A stretch of DNA of 60,922 nucleotides from a virus (lineage: Duplodnaviria > Caudoviricetes). Below, piece by piece: positions 58,801 through 60,922 of the stretch. Both the position numbers and the translations under genes were made by a program. Location of the stretch: the IMG/VR virus record IMGVR_UViG_3300025141_015004, positions 1 through 60,922 of that record; one strand, 5' to 3'. Within the stretch, counting starts at the first letter, position 1, and each line of letters starts with the position of its first letter. The notes under the pieces were generated by a model. It was not told the origin of the DNA. It did no database searches and saw only the letters and a list, made by a program, of their open reading frames with translations.

Positions 58801-60922
58801 CAGAGATGGAGAATTAAATTCTTCTTTCTTGGCCAATCCGGGGATGACAACTGGAAGTGGAATTTTAGAAAAATACCAAGCATACAGAGAGGAAGGGTAT
58901 TTTGGAACTCATGGAACCTCTTCAGCGCATTATTCACATGGAGTTGGAGTAGGCGATCCTTATTTGTATCGCCCAATGTATCCATATTATTACCCACAAG
59001 CATCACAAACATATATCCATCGTCCAAGACCGGCTTTAGTAGCTAGCACTTTAAAAGAAGTCGCTCCTTATAGCGGACATCCTTGGCTTGTTGCACTGTC
59101 AAGCAGCAGGAATCCGTTCTTTAACTCATATCAGGATTATATTAAATCTCCTAAGTTTTTAACAGAAAATTATTCTATTATACCAGAATTTAATTTTTCT
59201 GAACATGTTGAATATTATGAACGGTCCGGAAGTAACTTCAGAGCAGAAAACAAAAAACTTTTCAATATCGCCGGCTCCAAAGGCAAATTAGATAGGTCTT
59301 TGGAAGATCCTTCTTCTTATCTATATTATGGAAAATATCTCAACACCGCTAGCGCTGAAAGTGAAACAGGAAATTATAATTCTGAATTTTTTAAGAATTA
59401 TGCACATACAGAATTTTTGCAAAATTTTGATGCTGTTCAGCAAGATCATAGTAAAGTAGGCCAAATTGGGGAGGTTACGCTAATTTGTAAAGGCCTTACC
59501 AAATTTAGACCGCAACAAGGCTTTTATCCTGTGCAGAGATGTTTACAATTAGGTTCTCTATTTTCTCAATCTGTAGAGGGAAGATTAAGTGGGTACGTTA
59601 GTTCCTCCACTAAGTACGGTTATCCATTAGAACAGTTTAGAATTCAATCGGCAATTCAGCCTCTTTTTTCTCCGGGAATTATGTATAATACGATCAAATC
59701 AGGACTTGCAGTTGATTGGCCAATTATTTTTTCCGGGTCTTTGACAGCGGTTGGTACCACAGGGTCTAGCCAAATACCTTCATCTTCTTTGTTGATTAAT
59801 TCAAATGCTTCGAAAAGAGTTCCATTTGAAGCTTTATCTGATTTAAATTCCTTTCCCACGAATGTCGATGTCTTATATCTGTATCCGTCTTATCATTCTG
59901 GGACTACAAACAACGTTGATGGAGCTAGAAGGCCATCCTTTAATTGGGATGGGAATAGAAATAGTACTTTGTATGAAAACGCTATGGATAACTTTTTAGC
60001 AGAAGTTCCCAACTTTTATTTAAAGAATAAAAATTTCATGTCTTTCACTTCGGATATCGAAGATCAATTTAAGCCGTTTGAATCCTCAAAGACGTATTAT
60101 ATGGACGTTTCAGTTAGACAAACTGATAACCACTTTATGTGGAAAGATTATTTTGATGGAACAATTGCCAATGCTAAATCTTTTGTGGGATCATATAATG
60201 GTCGAGCATTCGGGCCCGGATGGAATACTTCAAGTGCCGATCCTGAAGCTAAAAGAGTTGGCGCTGATCCGGCATATGCTCCATATGTTCCTCCTTATTT
60301 TTATGGAGAGAGTATCGCACGATTTTCTTTTTCTCCGTCTTCTAATCGAAAGTATACTTTGGATGAGATTATTGCTGGGTCTACTATTGAATATTTAACC
60401 CCCAATTTGTTGACTGGTGTTTCTTCATCAACGGCGGTTTTTAGTGCTTTACCAGACGGCGCCGGAACACCTTATTACAAAAACAGGATGACCTTATCAT
60501 CGTCTTTCAATCTTTTCGGACAAGTTAAAACCAAACCAGACTCTCCGGACACTTCTTTTAATGCTTGGAAAATAAGCCCCAAGTTTGAATGTCCGGTTTT
60601 GAATTTCAACAGTCAGCCGTCAGAAGAATATATGTCGCGCGGCATGTGGGGCGGTTTAGGATCGGTTACATCAGGATCAGAAGGAATATTCGCATCGATC
60701 AAAAACAGTTTTACGGGAACTGTTGCCTCCAATACAGGCTCTTTAGCGGAACAACTTGGTTTTCCAAGGACGCAGAAAAAAATAGGGACGATTGCGGATG
60801 CATTTGTTTTAGAAGAAGCAATTGTAGCTATTCCCTTCTTGGAGAGAAAAAGTAAAAATAAAGGATTGGCTCCTTCGAAGGAAACTGAAGCAATTGAAAA
60901 GGTTGGAGACTCTATGACACCA
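52892..60922 (+). CDS. Giant baseplate/tail structural protein with LamG domains, 3' truncated (>2670 aa)
   Basis: ATG 52892 (MSKKDLFKSQ..DFSDPVNFARYG..YPYDGS); TVEFWLKK, NWHHYALV, LDEFRYWK, IYKSKGT, VESHILERNKY; same frame reads to the window end (..VGDSMTP); absent from the track because no stop occurs. Confidence 0.88.
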   Translation, partial: MSKKDLFKSQNPDKFISSANIDKLKEQVESKNFIKEKVKQQKMFTPRVDFSDPVNFARYGLAEEYYRTSVENVYKTYPYDGSIAEKESWYNSGSYLDQYIFDKEYPRTNGYIIIGSDGSWGSKSDTKKLQEGGLDIASYGLPSNLEYITFNGGPHKSFQPAGERTKSLANYYKSSKNRVNNLRYDLSPTGSGVTVEFWLKKDGWDPSLTANEVIFDLWNSETTGSENTDYGRLRIELSASGHETAGADPLRVTFYSGSTNSGRYLAPDNGTLTTGSLADGNWHHYALVFQSGSNSGVGQTRIDYYRDGQFVAKTYGGFNHSSSIAGTMSASIGALVSAPSGSVYHSTGMSGYGKLYSASLDEFRYWKTARSAKQIYQNYNNQVGGGTNTDDSNTTLGIYYKFNEGVTTNDTVDATVLDYSGRVSNGSWIGYNSTSRSTGSAIVSSSTSAHEFQDPIIYNFHPSVSSVKDRLVNSGSFHDNENASALFYTLPSWILEGDESFGGSNLKYLTQIMSSYLDTLYLQIEELSKLKEVEHTSGSLKPSVFGNRLLSDKGLLAPELFVDADIVEQLYARNEKTTFTKDLSEIKNKIYENVYNNLVQIYKSKGTYESFRNVLNTLGISQKIVDINLYSNNAEYEILDNRRLVFERKKKLNLFKTDYNSATVYQATGSTGEGISYIPATSDNTGSFTPWTIESRFTLPRDNINSNYYFIENDNLSCSLFGFHRPEESNTNYDWASQDTTVQVFAVRDKASYKDGYFYLTSSILAAQPGYVLSSSIIPNLFDDTEWNLAVRFRPVKNPLETRVSGGLNAANFQKTNYTIEFKGASLRGDLVENEFLLSSSQFDHSYEGAGIFLSLTTPKRFYIGSHRLNYTGSIYKNGYSFAKFHNMNFWYNYISDDDVRSHLKDSRNYGVSKTYQPSADSFYESGYINSVYQSGADYRQPAAAGVPNIDTLVFRWDFETVSESNTSGQFDVLDITSGSTDWYSGRYGKFGEITNQYQFYGRGFGFTANATDVVKTERINSYKLANFDTITSEQMIEIRSEDDEIFLPDKRPIEYSFAAEKNFYGAINESIIETFATLKDFNNLIGESANRYRPEYKELKKYRQLFFERVQNELDFERFVDYYKWVDSSISYILTQLIPASADFSPGLSNVVESHILERNKYQHRLPVIKPMTAYETSLSVAPDSYFLSNKTVISGNLQNANPITSSAFLTASINKSSVNASTLSGSIENIVDLTYRNLISSSYISGNDDLNTINVVRTKSKNRKVGNYRENHSIVMIPNKDGNNDFLQDMFGSVASVSDSFFVSGVVDYTILTRPSQPSVITPRFSAPGGPEVASLGYLDYESTQYSVYNDMNYRNLVVRKALNEMRVSSSGDPTLFISASDAASYNHNYRNPRKEYMSGGINYGNTASVFYDNAFITHAIPASDLQYSWITASYESATFLTRQTGSEDITFYKWMPDMPPSYGDEIMPIGLPFPSVFQDLRPFASILDDDDGISPTKAFDGYGGIPNFPIQENLWSPLSMQLSIGSAGGYFPEENPLNTDYTPLAGGTAGAGGTAVNNQQAVRFIINYYSPRGFNTWTSIRASQLNPIIRIFNKNSILSVADPIRDKEIVDVRNGVRKRRVQKAIVPISLTNYIEPGITRKFRPLRYTFVENNVNNDVIEEQTSYAIHLAGFANKSLNSVLKGNTKKEVASYNRVKNLYLNSEDPENSPIKGWISVEYEEMVWPKEKFQGVNSHRDKPHYDSTPFPVIVKSRLGNQNNRTFWRDTASNRKRSTMWDDGVLGNTQNSLGKMYTSSLPLNTADGTYINGDNFSKNVFPLSDYSLASNSGSLGQVCQLKLTIATTVTSSAEAIFFDILTPDGSVSGPAIFASSFAGSPAVAAIALMKAINTDPVSNSVLTASLVLPDSIIVQTRYPVGVSGSDFKGLNNQNFGAKLNPVSNNVNTLGLGGVITPYGEIIPLTGGTAPIFNRDGELNSSFLANPGMTTGSGILEKYQAYREEGYFGTHGTSSAHYSHGVGVGDPYLYRPMYPYYYPQASQTYIHRPRPALVASTLKEVAPYSGHPWLVALSSSRNPFFNSYQDYIKSPKFLTENYSIIPEFNFSEHVEYYERSGSNFRAENKKLFNIAGSKGKLDRSLEDPSSYLYYGKYLNTASAESETGNYNSEFFKNYAHTEFLQNFDAVQQDHSKVGQIGEVTLICKGLTKFRPQQGFYPVQRCLQLGSLFSQSVEGRLSGYVSSSTKYGYPLEQFRIQSAIQPLFSPGIMYNTIKSGLAVDWPIIFSGSLTAVGTTGSSQIPSSSLLINSNASKRVPFEALSDLNSFPTNVDVLYLYPSYHSGTTNNVDGARRPSFNWDGNRNSTLYENAMDNFLAEVPNFYLKNKNFMSFTSDIEDQFKPFESSKTYYMDVSVRQTDNHFMWKDYFDGTIANAKSFVGSYNGRAFGPGWNTSSADPEAKRVGADPAYAPYVPPYFYGESIARFSFSPSSNRKYTLDEIIAGSTIEYLTPNLLTGVSSSTAVFSALPDGAGTPYYKNRMTLSSSFNLFGQVKTKPDSPDTSFNAWKISPKFECPVLNFNSQPSEEYMSRGMWGGLGSVTSGSEGIFASIKNSFTGTVASNTGSLAEQLGFPRTQKKIGTIADAFVLEEAIVAIPFLERKSKNKGLAPSKETEAIEKVGDSMTP

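Noticed and set aside
53058-60855. Short tracked ORFs inside the last 8 kb and other antisense ORFs throughout
   Set aside because: Shadow frames of longer, motif-bearing genes
1-60922. Eukaryotic giant virus origin, stop-codon recoding, tRNA/rRNA, introns, inteins or IS elements
   Set aside because: Shine-Dalgarno sites, sigma70 promoters, an amidase and gp25/gp6 indicate a bacteriophage; standard code gives dense coding with all three stops used; no cloverleaf, splicing or transposase motifs recognised by eye

Overview
The window looks like about 61 kb of a large, AT-rich, contractile-tailed (T4-related myovirus-like) bacteriophage genome read in the standard code. From left to right: (1) a GC-richer block of small acidic ORFs ending at a C-tract junction (1-930); (2) a mixed-strand accessory region (930-19800) with putative head-packaged proteins sharing MKI(S/T)xxxLKxII-xEE or LxE leaders, a CglF/GltF gliding-motility-like protein, a LamG protein, a PD-(D/E)XK nuclease, three HEXXH proteins, a Pol-beta nucleotidyltransferase, a ligase-like/HIGH-nucleotidyltransferase fusion, NUDIX, PIN-PhoH, a trypsin-like protease and a Fis-like HTH; (3) an 18.4 kb co-oriented glycan biosynthesis cluster (GT4, GT2, GT11, GT17, TylF, deacetylase, formyltransferase, rmlBCD, gmd/fcl); (4) a gp55-like late sigma factor followed by baseplate and tail genes (amidase fusion, spike-like, gp25, gp6, and a >2670 aa ORF that runs off the window and is missing from the ORF track). 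The main points of interest are a phage-borne CglF homologue pointing to a Myxococcota/Bdellovibrionota host, a possible virion glycosylation system with an [S/T][G/A]S sequon, interlocked early/late promoter pairs, and near-total avoidance of CCWGG. All family calls come from recognising motifs by eye; no searches were run.
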